A stretch of DNA of 38,878 nucleotides from Candidatus Micrarchaeia archaeon (GCA_046538155.1 JBKHJL010000006.1:1-38878), one strand, 5' to 3'. Positions 18,314-28,131 are shown, counted from the stretch's first letter. The notes: a model not told the origin generated them from the letters alone. Program-made: numbers and translations.

Positions 18314-18895
18314 ATGTATTATGAACTAAATGCCGAGGACACCGTACGGGTGCCCCCCAACATGCTGGTAATGGACCTCAACGAAGCCATCACAAAAATA
18401 CTCAGGGAAAAATACGAGAGGAGAATCTTCGGGGAGTTGGGTATGGTCATAGCAATTGAGGATGTTGAGGCAGAAAAGCAGGGTACAGTTATTCCCGGGG
18501 ATGGCAGTATATACTACAAGGTTAAGTTCAATGCAATCTCCTTCCTTCCGCATGTAAACGAGGTTTTCCTTGGAAAGGTAAAAGAAATTGTGGAATTCGG
18601 GGCGTTTGCCTCAATTGGCCCTCTTGACGGACTTATACATATATCTCAGATAGGAAATGAGAAATTCTTCTATGACAAGAAAACCAAGGCCCTGAACACA
18701 AAGCGGGGAAAAACCCTGAAAACAGGGGATGATGCTGTGCTGAAGGTTTCCACGGTGAGCCTGAAAAGCACAACTTCCGACACCAAGATAGGCCTTACCA
18801 TGCGCTCGGAGGGGCTGGGGGTCACGAGGTGGAAAAAAGAAAAAAAGGCAGAAAAGGCGGCAGTAAAAAAAAGCAAAAAGGAGGCTAAAAAATGA
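18314..18895 (+). CDS. rpoE1: DNA-directed RNA polymerase subunit E' (Rpo7)
   Basis: DTVRVPP, VIPGDGS, S1 domain EFGAFASIGPLDGLIHISQI, KIGLTMRSEGLG. Confidence 0.96.
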   Translation: MYYELNAEDTVRVPPNMLVMDLNEAITKILREKYERRIFGELGMVIAIEDVEAEKQGTVIPGDGSIYYKVKFNAISFLPHVNEVFLGKVKEIVEFGAFASIGPLDGLIHISQIGNEKFFYDKKTKALNTKRGKTLKTGDDAVLKVSTVSLKSTTSDTKIGLTMRSEGLGVTRWKKEKKAEKAAVKKSKKEAKK

Positions 18896-19074
18896 AGGCC
18901 TGCAGAAACTGCAGAAAAATAGTTGAAGAAGGCGAAACCTGCCCGGTCTGTGGCTCCGATGAACTAAGCGACAGGTTTTCCGGAATGCTGATTGTACTTG
19001 ATCCGGAAAAATCCGAAATCGGAAAAATCACTGAAATAAAAGCGCCGGGAAGGTATGCGGTGAAGGTTAAGTGA
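18892..19074 (+). CDS. spt4: Transcription elongation factor Spt4 (RpoE'')
   Basis: KACRNC...CPVCGS...DPEKSEIG...PGRYAVKV. Follows rpoE1. Confidence 0.95.
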   Translation: MKACRNCRKIVEEGETCPVCGSDELSDRFSGMLIVLDPEKSEIGKITEIKAPGRYAVKVK

Positions 19075-19775
19075 AGTTCCTTTTTGGGAAAGAAGCGGCA
19101 GTGCACAAAGATGCCCTGCTTATCTCTGATTTGCACCTTGGAATGGAAGGTGCTCTTTTTGAACGGGGAATAAGGAATTCGGAAATCTCAGAAAGGCTTG
19201 CTGAAAAAACCCTGGAAGTGCTCGGGAAAACTGGGAAAAAAGAACTAATCATAGTAGGAGATGTCAAGGAAAGGGTAGTGGGGATACCGCAGGAGGCCAG
19301 AGAATACCTCAGGAAAGTGGAGGAACACGCAGAAATAACCGTAGTGAAGGGAAACCACGATGGGGGGATAGAAAGGATTCCCGGGATCAAAGTAATCGGG
19401 CATGGAGGATTTGCATACAAGGGACTGGGGATTTTCCATGGGCATGCCTGGCCATCCGAAGAAGTTATGGAATGCGATACAATAGTGATGGGGCACAACC
19501 ATCCCCAGGTAAAGCTGCAGGGGGAATGGCACCCGGTCTGGGTGGAAATGAAAGCAAACCAGGAAAAAATCCTGGAGCGCTATCCGGGATACGATGGAGA
19601 AAAAAGGCTGGTGCTTATGCCCTCATTCAATCCGCTTCTTGGAACAAACATTGCCGGAAGTTCCGGACTGGGGCCGGTTCTAAAGAACAACTTATTTAAA
19701 ATCAATACAGCAATAGTATATACACTCAGCGGAACAAAACTTGGGAAACTGGGTGAACTTTTCAAGAGGTTGTGA
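19071..19775 (+). CDS. Calcineurin-like metallophosphoesterase (ICC-like)
   Basis: SDLHLG, GDVK, KGNHDG, FHGH, MGHNHP, MPSFNPL. Confidence 0.88.
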   Translation: MKFLFGKEAAVHKDALLISDLHLGMEGALFERGIRNSEISERLAEKTLEVLGKTGKKELIIVGDVKERVVGIPQEAREYLRKVEEHAEITVVKGNHDGGIERIPGIKVIGHGGFAYKGLGIFHGHAWPSEEVMECDTIVMGHNHPQVKLQGEWHPVWVEMKANQEKILERYPGYDGEKRLVLMPSFNPLLGTNIAGSSGLGPVLKNNLFKINTAIVYTLSGTKLGKLGELFKRL

Positions 19776-19777
19776 CA

Positions 19778-20032
19778 ATGGGAAAAAAGAGAAGAGGACG
19801 TGATAGACTCATGACCTGTGCCTCCTGCGGGCGGGCAGTCCCGAGGGAGAAAGCAGTTGAATATGAAAGGCGAAATTCTTATAGCACTGATTTGCGCGAT
19901 GAAGAAAATGTTAGTGCAATGTCCACCACTGTTGAATACTACTGCATAAGCTGTGCAAAACACAGAAAGATTTTTGAAAAAAAGAAACGGCAGGCCCAGA
20001 AGAGGCGTGAACGCAGGGAAGGGAGGTTCTGA
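19778..20032 (+). CDS. rps26e: 30S ribosomal protein S26e (eS26)
   Basis: Basic N-terminus, CASCGRAVPREKA and YYCISCAKH match the eS26 CxxCGxxVPxDKA...YCxSCAxH zinc motifs. Confidence 0.88.
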   Translation: MGKKRRGRDRLMTCASCGRAVPREKAVEYERRNSYSTDLRDEENVSAMSTTVEYYCISCAKHRKIFEKKKRQAQKRRERREGRF

Positions 20033-20034
20033 GC

Positions 20035-20331
20035 GTGGATGCCGTTAAATTCGGGGAAAATGAGTACAAGGGAATAAAGCAACAGATTGGAAACCTCAGC
20101 CTGGTGATTGTAAAAGCAAAATACGGGTATGTTGCCTGTAGCTATATAAGCAGGGATACTGCAGAAAAAGTCGGGGATGTTGCAGCATTTGTACAGGGGG
20201 TAAAGGATTACCCAGACCTCCTGAATGCAAAAATACAGGGAAGGACAACCTGGGCAGACGACCTGGGGATAAGGGAAGGAATGAGCGTAAGAAAAGCCCT
20301 TGAAATAATGGACAGCAAACCGGAAGAATAA
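20035..20331 (+). CDS. DUF1805 / YunC family protein
   Basis: GYVACSYI...AAFVQGVK...DLLNAKI...LGIREGMSVRKAL. Confidence 0.82.
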   Translation: MDAVKFGENEYKGIKQQIGNLSLVIVKAKYGYVACSYISRDTAEKVGDVAAFVQGVKDYPDLLNAKIQGRTTWADDLGIREGMSVRKALEIMDSKPEE

Positions 20332-20823
20332 CTATCTTTTTCCCGACAAAAATGCAAAGCCCAGTGCAAGAAGGGAGAAAGCGGTGGCTACACAAACCGG
20401 CTCCGGCTTTTCTGCATGGGCCATGCACCTGTTTTTTTCAAACTCATAATCCTCCTCGAGTATCCTTTCACATATGGAAGGGTCGGCAAGCCGGGTGGAA
20501 ATGCTGTCAATGCACAGCACATATTCCCGGTAAAGGGTGGTCTCATCACTCGGGTCATTGGAAACATGCCTTATCTCCTCGCAGCAGGCAGTTGCGTTTG
20601 AAGGGTTGTTTTTCGCTGCATAGGCAATTGCCGCAGAGTGCCAGCAGCTTATGTTTGCCTTCATTATGTAATGCTCATCAAGGGCCCCTGCGGGATTGAG
20701 AAGCCAGGGATTTTTGGATGCCTCCTCCTGCGCATCAAGATGTATGCAATCATCCATTGTGCGCATATTGATGCATCCGGAAAAGGTGGCAAGCAAAAGG
20801 AACAATATGAGCAATTTCTTCAT
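20332..20823 (-). CDS. Cys-rich exported protein with lipobox-like N-terminus and C-terminal membrane tail
   Basis: MKKLLILFLLLATFSGC, repeated C...A.....CEEI/CERI units, C-terminus VCVATAFSLLALGFAFLSGKR. Confidence 0.75.
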   Translation of the reverse strand: MKKLLILFLLLATFSGCINMRTMDDCIHLDAQEEASKNPWLLNPAGALDEHYIMKANISCWHSAAIAYAAKNNPSNATACCEEIRHVSNDPSDETTLYREYVLCIDSISTRLADPSICERILEEDYEFEKNRCMAHAEKPEPVCVATAFSLLALGFAFLSGKR

Positions 20824-21353
20824 TTTCTCGCCTCAAAAAGCCAGGCAAAGGCATCCCTTTCAAGGGCTTTCCTGCACAGCTTCTTTGCTGAAGGTGTGCA
20901 TAATGATGACGAAGCATTTTTTATCCAGTCTTTTACATAGGGGTTTCCAAGGTCCTGGTATTCTTTTGCCTGGAAAATGCATTCAAGCTTGTCCGCATCC
21001 TTCACAACCTCCATAATTCGCTTATCCTTAAAAGGCCTGAGGAAATCAGGGAGAGTTTCCAGTGTATCCTCCCTTGCCCTTTTTTCATCCACTTCCGCAT
21101 AGCGCTTTGCAACAAGATGGAGGTCGGTGGTGCGGGCCTCGTGCACATCATGGAGCAGTGCGGCAAGCAGCACTCCCTCCCGGTCTTCTATCCTCTCTTC
21201 TTTTGCAAGAAAATAGGCAATCAGAGCTGTGCGGTAACTGTGCTCGGAAACGCTTTCCGGAGCTATTCCTACCGTCTTCCAGCCTGAACGGTCAACATCC
21301 TTGAGCGAGCCGGCCTGGTAGAGAAAATCAACAATGTCCATACTACCCCTCAA
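20820..21353 (-). CDS. HD-domain phosphohydrolase (YfbR/HDDC2-like 5'-deoxynucleotidase)
   Basis: LKDVDRSGW, ESVSEHSYR, LLHDVHEARTTD, VKDADKLE. Confidence 0.9.
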   Translation of the reverse strand: MRGSMDIVDFLYQAGSLKDVDRSGWKTVGIAPESVSEHSYRTALIAYFLAKEERIEDREGVLLAALLHDVHEARTTDLHLVAKRYAEVDEKRAREDTLETLPDFLRPFKDKRIMEVVKDADKLECIFQAKEYQDLGNPYVKDWIKNASSSLCTPSAKKLCRKALERDAFAWLFEARK

Positions 21354-22527
21354 GCCTCTTTGAAAGGAGCTTTATTACTTCCCGCGGTGGGTGGCCCATC
21401 TTAACCAGCTTGGTGTGGCCACGTATTCCCTTTCCACTCTCTGTTGAAGTTATCAACCCGAGCATCTCCAGATCATTCAGGTAACTGCGGTAGCTGCGTG
21501 CGGTTTTCGCCTGCTTTTTGAGGCGCTTGCAGAGCGTGGTATACTCCTCATACACTTCTCCGGAAAAAAGATATCCGTCATTTGTTTCATCCAGGCGGGC
21601 GTACCTGCTGCCCGAAATGGAAAGGCGGGCAACCCCGTAAAGAACTACCTGGTGGTTTTCCGGGAGCTTGTCTATCGCTTCCTTTACTATGTCAAACTCC
21701 ACAAGCTCCCTTGCTGCATTCACCTCCCGGTCAGTCAACTTTTCGCTTTCTCCTTCCTCTGTCATCTCAGCGGCCCTGCAAAGTATTTTAAGCGCATATC
21801 TTGCATCGCCAGATTCCTGCGCCGCAATTGCGCCGGCAAGGTTTATTGCTCCCGTTGTGTATGCACCAGGCTGGAGTCCGAGCTCCGCCCGCTGGTGGAG
21901 TATTTTCTGGAGCTGGGTTGCTGTATATGGAGGGAAAACCATCTCCCGTTCATAGAGGCTGCTCCTGCTTCTGGGGTCAAGGTCCTCCTTGAAAAGCAGT
22001 CGGTTGGAAATGCCGATGAGTGAAACCCCGCCCGCATCAAGCTCATCATTTGCCCGGGTTATCGTATAAAGGAGCTCATCAAGGTGCTTTACCATATCTA
22101 TTTCATCAAGAACCATTACCAGATGCCTTCCCTCCCCTGCCCATATGAGAAGCCGCTCATAGATGTGAGGAAGACCATACCCCTGCTTGTCAAACCCTTC
22201 CATCACCGCCTTTGCCGCCTTGAGCATAACCCGGTAAGGCTTGTTATGGATTCTGCAATTTATGTAAACTATTTTTGAGCGGCCGTTTGCCTTATCCTCG
22301 AACTTCCTTGTAATCTGCTTTACAGAGCAGGTCTTTCCGGTCCCTGTTTTTCCGTAAATGAATATGTTGCGGGGCTTCTTGCCCATGAGGGCCGGAGCAA
22401 GAGAGGACATCAATTCCTTTATCTGATGATCCCGAAAATAAAGCGTGTCAGGTATGTAGTGGGGGGAGAGCACATCCCTGTCCCGGAATATTCTTGAGTC
22501 TGCTATGAAATCATCAAAAGAAGGCAT
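21343..22527 (-). CDS. cdc6: Orc1/Cdc6 replication initiator
   Basis: LSPHYIPD, Walker A GKTGTGKT, Walker B VLDEID, LDPRSRSSL, GDARYAL, C-terminal winged helix. ATG 22527 follows GGGTGGA. Confidence 0.95.
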   Translation of the reverse strand: MPSFDDFIADSRIFRDRDVLSPHYIPDTLYFRDHQIKELMSSLAPALMGKKPRNIFIYGKTGTGKTCSVKQITRKFEDKANGRSKIVYINCRIHNKPYRVMLKAAKAVMEGFDKQGYGLPHIYERLLIWAGEGRHLVMVLDEIDMVKHLDELLYTITRANDELDAGGVSLIGISNRLLFKEDLDPRSRSSLYEREMVFPPYTATQLQKILHQRAELGLQPGAYTTGAINLAGAIAAQESGDARYALKILCRAAEMTEEGESEKLTDREVNAARELVEFDIVKEAIDKLPENHQVVLYGVARLSISGSRYARLDETNDGYLFSGEVYEEYTTLCKRLKKQAKTARSYRSYLNDLEMLGLITSTESGKGIRGHTKLVKMGHPPREVIKLLSKRLEG

Positions 22528-22692
22528 CTGTCCACCCAAAGGAGATTAGCGGAAATGGTTAATAAACATATGCTTCCGGTATTCCTGTTACCTTTTTAAA
22601 ACCTATAATTCCACATACCACACAGAGTGCTGAGGATAAGCTATTTAAATTTGTTTATCCAAATAAGCTAACTCTCTAGACAAGGTGTTGTA

Positions 22693-23067
22693 ATGGGTAT
22701 ATTCGACAAAATTATGGGCGGAAAGGAAAAGGAAGAAGTCCCTGATATTGAGCATTATCTGGAATTGGAAGAAGAGGGAGACGCAGTAAACCCTCCGGCG
22801 GACTTTTATGTAAAAAGAATTGACTTGAGGAACGAGGGAGATGCGAACCTGGCAATGAAGGAGCTTACTTCCAAGAACATCATAATCCTGAATGTGCATG
22901 CCCTTTCCAAGCAACCCAACCGGCTCAAGAACATAATAGGGAAGCTTAAGATGAACTGTGAAAAATCGAACGGGGATATTGCGCTCCTTACCCCAGACCT
23001 TGTCATACTTACTCCTTCTAAAGTAAAAATAGTAAAAAGCAAGGCAAAGCCCAAGAAAAAGGCTTAG
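22693..23067 (+). CDS. sepF: Cell division protein SepF
   Basis: Amphipathic N-terminal MGIFDKIMG, then NIIILNV...NGDIA...VILTPSKVKI, typical of archaeal SepF (DUF552). Confidence 0.88.
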   Translation: MGIFDKIMGGKEKEEVPDIEHYLELEEEGDAVNPPADFYVKRIDLRNEGDANLAMKELTSKNIIILNVHALSKQPNRLKNIIGKLKMNCEKSNGDIALLTPDLVILTPSKVKIVKSKAKPKKKA

Positions 23068-23114
23068 CCTCTATCCCTTTCTTTTATTAAACTCTTCTTT
23101 GCTTAACCTGAATT

Positions 23115-24017
23115 ATGCTTAAAGTTACTTTTCTCGGGACAAGTGCAGCAGTGCCCAGCGCGAAGAGGGCGATGCCGGCAATTGCATTAAAGTACGATAA
23201 GCTGTTCCTGTGGGACTGCGGGGAAGGCTGCCAGAGGGAGATGATGCGCAGGGGAATCGGATATGGGGGGGTTGAAGCAATATTCATTACCCACCTGCAC
23301 CTTGACCACGTTATGGGCGTATTCGGGCTGATTGAAACAATAAGGATGAACACGGAAAGGGAAAAGATAACCATATTTGCGCCGAAGGGATTTGAGCGGA
23401 TGCTTTCGGGAATCAGCCCAACTATGGGCTGGGAGCCTTCCTTCCTGGATATACGGGAAATAAAAGAAGGAGAGATTTACAGGGGAAAAGATTACTCAAT
23501 ATTTGCATTCAGGGTAAAGCACCAGAAAAGCAATGCTTTCGGATTTGTGTTCCTGGAAGATGACAAGAACAAGTTTTACGAGGCAAAAGCAAAAAAGCTG
23601 GGGCTGAAGGGAAGGATGTTTACGGAAATCCAGGAAAAGGGTTTTGTAAAAGTGGGGAAGAAGAGGATAGAGCTTTCTGATGTTTCCTGGGTGCGGAGGG
23701 GGAGAAAAATTGTTTATACCGGGGACACTGTCTATGATGAGGGAATTGCAAAAACAGCCCTGGGGGCCGACCTGCTTATCCATGATGCAACATTCGGAGA
23801 AGATTTGAGGGGAGAAGCTGAACTCAGGGGGCATTCAACCGCAAAACAGGCAGCAGAAATCGCAAGAATGGGAGAAGTGAAAAAGCTTGTACTCACCCAC
23901 ATAAGCGGCCGCTACAGGAACGGAAGTACCCTTGAAAAGGAAGCAAAGGGGATTTTCCAGGATACGGCTGCCGCAGTGGACGGGACAGTAATTGAAATAA
24001 CCCCTGAAAAAAAATAA
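23115..24017 (+). CDS. rnz: Ribonuclease Z
   Basis: FLGTSAAVP, DCGEG, THLHLDH, YTGDT, HDATF, HST, LTHISGRY, and an exosite arm. Confidence 0.96.
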   Translation: MLKVTFLGTSAAVPSAKRAMPAIALKYDKLFLWDCGEGCQREMMRRGIGYGGVEAIFITHLHLDHVMGVFGLIETIRMNTEREKITIFAPKGFERMLSGISPTMGWEPSFLDIREIKEGEIYRGKDYSIFAFRVKHQKSNAFGFVFLEDDKNKFYEAKAKKLGLKGRMFTEIQEKGFVKVGKKRIELSDVSWVRRGRKIVYTGDTVYDEGIAKTALGADLLIHDATFGEDLRGEAELRGHSTAKQAAEIARMGEVKKLVLTHISGRYRNGSTLEKEAKGIFQDTAAAVDGTVIEITPEKK

Positions 24018-24021
24018 TAGA

Positions 24022-24666
24022 CTACTTTTTGGATTTTTCATAATCCGCAAGGAACTTCTCTATCCCCTTTTCCGTGAGAGGATGGTTGTAGAGCTTCTCC
24101 AGGACCGCTGCAGGGACAGTTGCGATGTGTGCGCCAAGGCGTGCCGCTTCCACAACATGGCCGGGATGGCGGATTGATGCAACTATAACTTCCGTATCAA
24201 AATCGTAATTATCAAAAATGTCCAGGATTTCCGCAACAAGGAACATCCCATCTTGGGAAATGTCATCAAGCCTTCCCACAAACGGAGAAACGTAGGCGGC
24301 TCCTGCCTTTGCTGCAAGAAGGGCCTGAGAAGGTGAAAATATCAAAGTAACATTAGTGCGGATGTCCTTCTCTTTCAGAATCCGAACCGCCTTAAGCCCT
24401 TCCGTTGTCATGGGAACCTTGATTACTATATTCCTGCCCCATCCGGAAAACTCTTCCGCCTCCCTGACCATTCCTTCCGCATCTTCAGAAATTGCCTCAA
24501 CGCTTATGGGGCCATCAACAATTCCGGAGATTTCCTGAATTACCTCTTTGTGGTCCCTTCCTGATTTCATTACAAGGGACGGATTTGTGGTGACTCCGTC
24601 GCACATTCCCATCTCCTTCGCCTTCCTTATTGCTACAACATCTGCCGTGTCCAGAAAAAACTTCAT
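24022..24666 (-). CDS. tal: Transaldolase (fructose-6-phosphate aldolase/TalC family)
   Basis: [40 protein letters not shown]. Confidence 0.95.
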   Translation of the reverse strand: MKFFLDTADVVAIRKAKEMGMCDGVTTNPSLVMKSGRDHKEVIQEISGIVDGPISVEAISEDAEGMVREAEEFSGWGRNIVIKVPMTTEGLKAVRILKEKDIRTNVTLIFSPSQALLAAKAGAAYVSPFVGRLDDISQDGMFLVAEILDIFDNYDFDTEVIVASIRHPGHVVEAARLGAHIATVPAAVLEKLYNHPLTEKGIEKFLADYEKSKK

Positions 24667-24670
24667 ATCT

Positions 24671-25645
24671 TCACCCTTTATTCTTCTTCACTTCTTCAGT
24701 TACAACCCCTTCAATTCCTGCAGCATCAAGCTTGTATTTGTGCATGAGCTCTGCAGCGCTACCGGATTCGCAGAAACGGTTGTAAATGCCATGCCTGTGC
24801 AGCACAGCATCAGATTTCAAACTGCTCAGAACCTCTGCAACAGCGCTTCCCATGCCTCCATAAACCTGGTGCTCTTCTGCGGTAACCAGGAGGCCGGTCT
24901 TCCTTGCCATATCCTCAACCATCCTGCTGTCCAGCGGCTTGAGGGAATAAACATCAACTACTGAAGCGGAGATTCCCTTGCTTTTGAGCTGCTTTGCAGT
25001 AAGCAGGGACTGCCAGACCATCGGGCCGCAGGCAAGTATTGCAACATCGTCCCCCTCCTCAAAAAGATTGGAACCGCCCAGTTCCATAGGGGTTTCCTCC
25101 GAAGTAAATGTAGGGAACTTTTCCCTGCTCGTGCGGAGGTAGCCGGGCATGTTCTGCTCATAGAGAAGGTGGGTTCCCTTCTTTGCCTGGAGCATATCCG
25201 AGGGGGCAATCAGATTCATGTTTGGGAGGGAGCGCATAAGTGCGATGTCCTCGAGAATCTGGTGGGAGGCCCCATCAGGGCCCACAGTAATTCCTGTATG
25301 GGAAGCATGGACCACCACCGGCACATCATTGTAACATATGGAAACCCTTATCTGCTCCCAGTTTCTCCCGGGTGAAAACTCCCCAAAACCGGAAATAAAA
25401 ACCCTCTTTCCGCAGGAAGCAATCCCTGCCGCAACCCCTGCCATATTCTGCTCTGCAACCCCCGCCTGGACAAACCTGCTTGGGAACCTGTTTGCAAACC
25501 ATTCGGTGCGGGTGGAACCGCTCAAATCAGCAGAAAGGGCCCATACATCGGAGTCGTTTTCACCCAGCTCCAGAAGGGCCTTTCCAAATCCATCCCTTGT
25601 AGCTTTTTTTTCTTCGGGTTGTTCGTTGTAGTTTATTTTTTCCAT
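24671..25645 (-). CDS. tkt: Transketolase, C-terminal subunit
   Basis: [45 protein letters not shown]. Alternative GTG start at 25654. Confidence 0.94.
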   Translation of the reverse strand: MEKINYNEQPEEKKATRDGFGKALLELGENDSDVWALSADLSGSTRTEWFANRFPSRFVQAGVAEQNMAGVAAGIASCGKRVFISGFGEFSPGRNWEQIRVSICYNDVPVVVHASHTGITVGPDGASHQILEDIALMRSLPNMNLIAPSDMLQAKKGTHLLYEQNMPGYLRTSREKFPTFTSEETPMELGGSNLFEEGDDVAILACGPMVWQSLLTAKQLKSKGISASVVDVYSLKPLDSRMVEDMARKTGLLVTAEEHQVYGGMGSAVAEVLSSLKSDAVLHRHGIYNRFCESGSAAELMHKYKLDAAGIEGVVTEEVKKNKG

Positions 25646-25650
25646 AAAAA

Positions 25651-26508
25651 TCACAGCTCCTCTATGCCCGCCCGGTCCAGCTCAAGGATTTTGTAGGCCT
25701 CGGCCGCCTGCTCCGGGCTTGGGGGTTTTCCGTGCCATTCAGTCAGGAACTCCATGAAGGGAATTCCCTTCCCGGGAATAGTGTGGGCAAGAATCAGGGT
25801 GGGCCTTTCGTAAACCGCTTTTGCCTGGTTGCATGCATCAATTATCCTCTGAATATTATGGCCATCAATCTCCTCCACGTGCCAGCCAAATGCCTGGTAT
25901 TTGGCGATAATCGGCTCCAGGGGATTAACCTCCTCAGTGAAGCCGTCAATCTGGATGTTGTTGCGGTCCATGATTACAGTGAGGTTGCCCAGCTTGTATT
26001 TTGAAGCGAGCATAAGGGCTTCCCATACCTGGCCTTCCTGCTGTTCACCATCAGAAACAATACAGTAGACCCTCCACCGCTTCTTTTCCCGCTTTGCATA
26101 AAGCGCCATTCCCACTGCAATGGAAATACCCTGGCCCAAGGGGCCGGAACTGTTTTCTATTCCGGGCAGTGCAGTGCGGTGGGGGTGCCCCTGGAGGCGG
26201 GAACCAAGCTTTCTCAGCGTCCTGAGCTCCTCCTTTGGAAAATACCCTGCATTCGCCATCGCAGCATACATGACCGGACAGACATGGCCGTTTGAAAGAA
26301 TGAGACGGTCCCTGTTTTCCCATTCCGGGTTTTCCGGATCATGGTAGAGCACATTGAAATAAAGTGCAGTGAATATGTCTGCAAGCCCGATTGAGCCTGC
26401 AGAATGGCCGGATTTGGCCTCTGTGAGCATATCCACTACATCCCTTCTTATAGTATTTGCAATCAGCTTCAACTTCTTTATATCCTGTATCTTATGGAAA
26501 GGTGCCAT
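25651..26508 (-). CDS. tkt: Transketolase, N-terminal (TPP-binding) subunit
   Basis: SGHSAGS, RDRLILSNGH, LQGHP, GPLGQG, SDGEQQEGQVWE, WHGKPP. Likely start MAPFHK at 26508. Confidence 0.95.
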   Translation of the reverse strand: MAPFHKIQDIKKLKLIANTIRRDVVDMLTEAKSGHSAGSIGLADIFTALYFNVLYHDPENPEWENRDRLILSNGHVCPVMYAAMANAGYFPKEELRTLRKLGSRLQGHPHRTALPGIENSSGPLGQGISIAVGMALYAKREKKRWRVYCIVSDGEQQEGQVWEALMLASKYKLGNLTVIMDRNNIQIDGFTEEVNPLEPIIAKYQAFGWHVEEIDGHNIQRIIDACNQAKAVYERPTLILAHTIPGKGIPFMEFLTEWHGKPPSPEQAAEAYKILELDRAGIEEL

Positions 26509-27178
26509 ATTCTCGTGCCTCCTCTGCAAGGCTCTTCAGCCTCTTTATCGCCTCGCCCGGATGTTCTGCGCGGAAAATGGTACTTGCGCTCGCAAGGATA
26601 TCCGCTCCTGCCCTGGCTGCGCGGGGTGCTGTTTCAAAAGTTATTCCACCATCCACCTCAATCTCGTGTTCAGGGCAGGTTTCCCTGAGCCTCTCTATCT
26701 TGGGCTCCACCTCAGACAGGTACTTCTGCCCCTCAAAACCCGGGACAACAGACATCACCAAGAACCTGGAAACATCGTCACTGTACCCAAGCACGGAATC
26801 AAGAGGGGTTTCGGGGTTTATGGAAATCCCCAGTCTGCCTCCGGAGTCCTTTATTGTGTCCAAGACAAGGCCAAAATGCGACTCAGACTTCAGGGTTTCC
26901 ACATGCACCATGTGGGTATGGGGGCCGGGCATCGTTGCAATCCATTTCTCCGGCTCCTCCACCATCCAGTGGAGGGAATACTCTACCCCTTCTGGCAGGG
27001 GCTTGAGCTCCTCCGGCCCGATTGTCTTGTTAGGGACGAATATGTCATCCATCACGTCCACGTGGACTCCTTTTACGTATTCCCGCACCATATCCACCTG
27101 CTCCAGAAAGCGGTGGCGGTCTTTGACCAGGATGGCAGGAAGGATTTCAACTTCTTTGGTTTTACTGCTGGCCGGCAT
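26492..27178 (-). CDS. rpe: Ribulose-phosphate 3-epimerase
   Basis: HVDVMDDIFVPN, HWMVEEPE, INPETP, MSVVPGFEGQKY, EVDGGI. Confidence 0.95.
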   Translation of the reverse strand: MPASSKTKEVEILPAILVKDRHRFLEQVDMVREYVKGVHVDVMDDIFVPNKTIGPEELKPLPEGVEYSLHWMVEEPEKWIATMPGPHTHMVHVETLKSESHFGLVLDTIKDSGGRLGISINPETPLDSVLGYSDDVSRFLVMSVVPGFEGQKYLSEVEPKIERLRETCPEHEIEVDGGITFETAPRAARAGADILASASTIFRAEHPGEAIKRLKSLAEEAREYGTFP

Positions 27179-27305
27179 TAGTTACCACACCCCACCCAAG
27201 GCGATAATATAGTTTATAAGGTGCACCCATTTAAATCTTCCCACCGGAAAAAAGGCCTCCTGCACTTTTTTAATCCCTACCCACCAAAATAAGAAGGGGT
27301 GGAAC

Positions 27306-27827
27306 ATGCTTAATTATTCCAAGCTCAGGGACATGCAACGGGCTGAAGTCGCTTCAAGCGAGTTGTGCAAAGTTGAGAATAACTTCTATTCCCAGCTGCA
27401 GGGATTCCTGGATGAGAAGCGGGAGGAGGCAATGGAATCCAAGAAACTCCTTGTAATAAAAGAATACGAAAACCTGAAGAAAATTGTCAGGGCAATCGTG
27501 AACAAGAGGAACGAGAAACTCATGCTGCTTGCCCTGCGCGGAAAAACCGACACGGCCGGCCTTGCAAAGGAGGAGGCAGAATTTCTCGGGCACCTCTCCC
27601 GTGCAATAGAGGAAAATGAGTCCAGGCTTTCATTTATTTTTGAGGAGGGGAACGGGGGGGAAAGAAAGGATAATATTAAAAGGATTAGGCTACTCAAGGA
27701 TATTAGCCCTTATAAAGGACTAGATGAAAGGATATATGGCCCTTTCAAAAAGGGTGACGAGGCGGAGCTCCCTCCTGGTGAAGCCCAATGGCTTCTTAAG
27801 GAAAAAATGGCAGAGCTTCTCGCTTAG
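27306..27827 (+). CDS. gins15: GINS complex subunit (Gins15/Gins51 type)
   Basis: Helical A domain then B domain IRLLKDISPYKGLDERIYGPFKKGDEAELP. Conserved position upstream of rpl44e. Confidence 0.85.
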   Translation: MLNYSKLRDMQRAEVASSELCKVENNFYSQLQGFLDEKREEAMESKKLLVIKEYENLKKIVRAIVNKRNEKLMLLALRGKTDTAGLAKEEAEFLGHLSRAIEENESRLSFIFEEGNGGERKDNIKRIRLLKDISPYKGLDERIYGPFKKGDEAELPPGEAQWLLKEKMAELLA

Positions 27828-27844
27828 AAGAAAGGTGTTTTCTC

Positions 27845-28126
27845 ATGAAATTTCCAAAAGAGATTAACGCATATTGCCCCCACTGCCGGAAGCACACCAA
27901 AATGAAGGTGAAAATTGCGAGCAAGGGGAAGGCAAGGACCACTGCAATAGGCAACAGGAAGCACGAACGCTCACTCCTGGGTCATGGAGGGAAAAGAGCG
28001 GGTGAGAAGAGCGTGAGGAAGCAGGGGAAGCGGCAGAAACTCATGCTTACCTGCCCCGAATGCAAGAAAAAGACCCCGCGGGTCCTCAGGGGAAGAACCA
28101 AGAAGAAAGTTGAGATACAGAGGTAA
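27845..28126 (+). CDS. rpl44e: 50S ribosomal protein L44e
   Basis: MKFPKEINAYCPHCRKHT...GHGG...LTCPECKK. Confidence 0.95.
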   Translation: MKFPKEINAYCPHCRKHTKMKVKIASKGKARTTAIGNRKHERSLLGHGGKRAGEKSVRKQGKRQKLMLTCPECKKKTPRVLRGRTKKKVEIQR

Positions 28127-28131
28127 AGAAT

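Noticed and set aside
22528..22692. Replication origin next to cdc6
   Set aside because: The region is short and no repeated ORB-like boxes with G-strings were recognised. It cannot be excluded without skew analysis.
26369..27212. Two long plus-strand ORFs (270 and 251 aa)
   Set aside because: They are antisense to rpe and tkt, which carry clear enzyme motifs.
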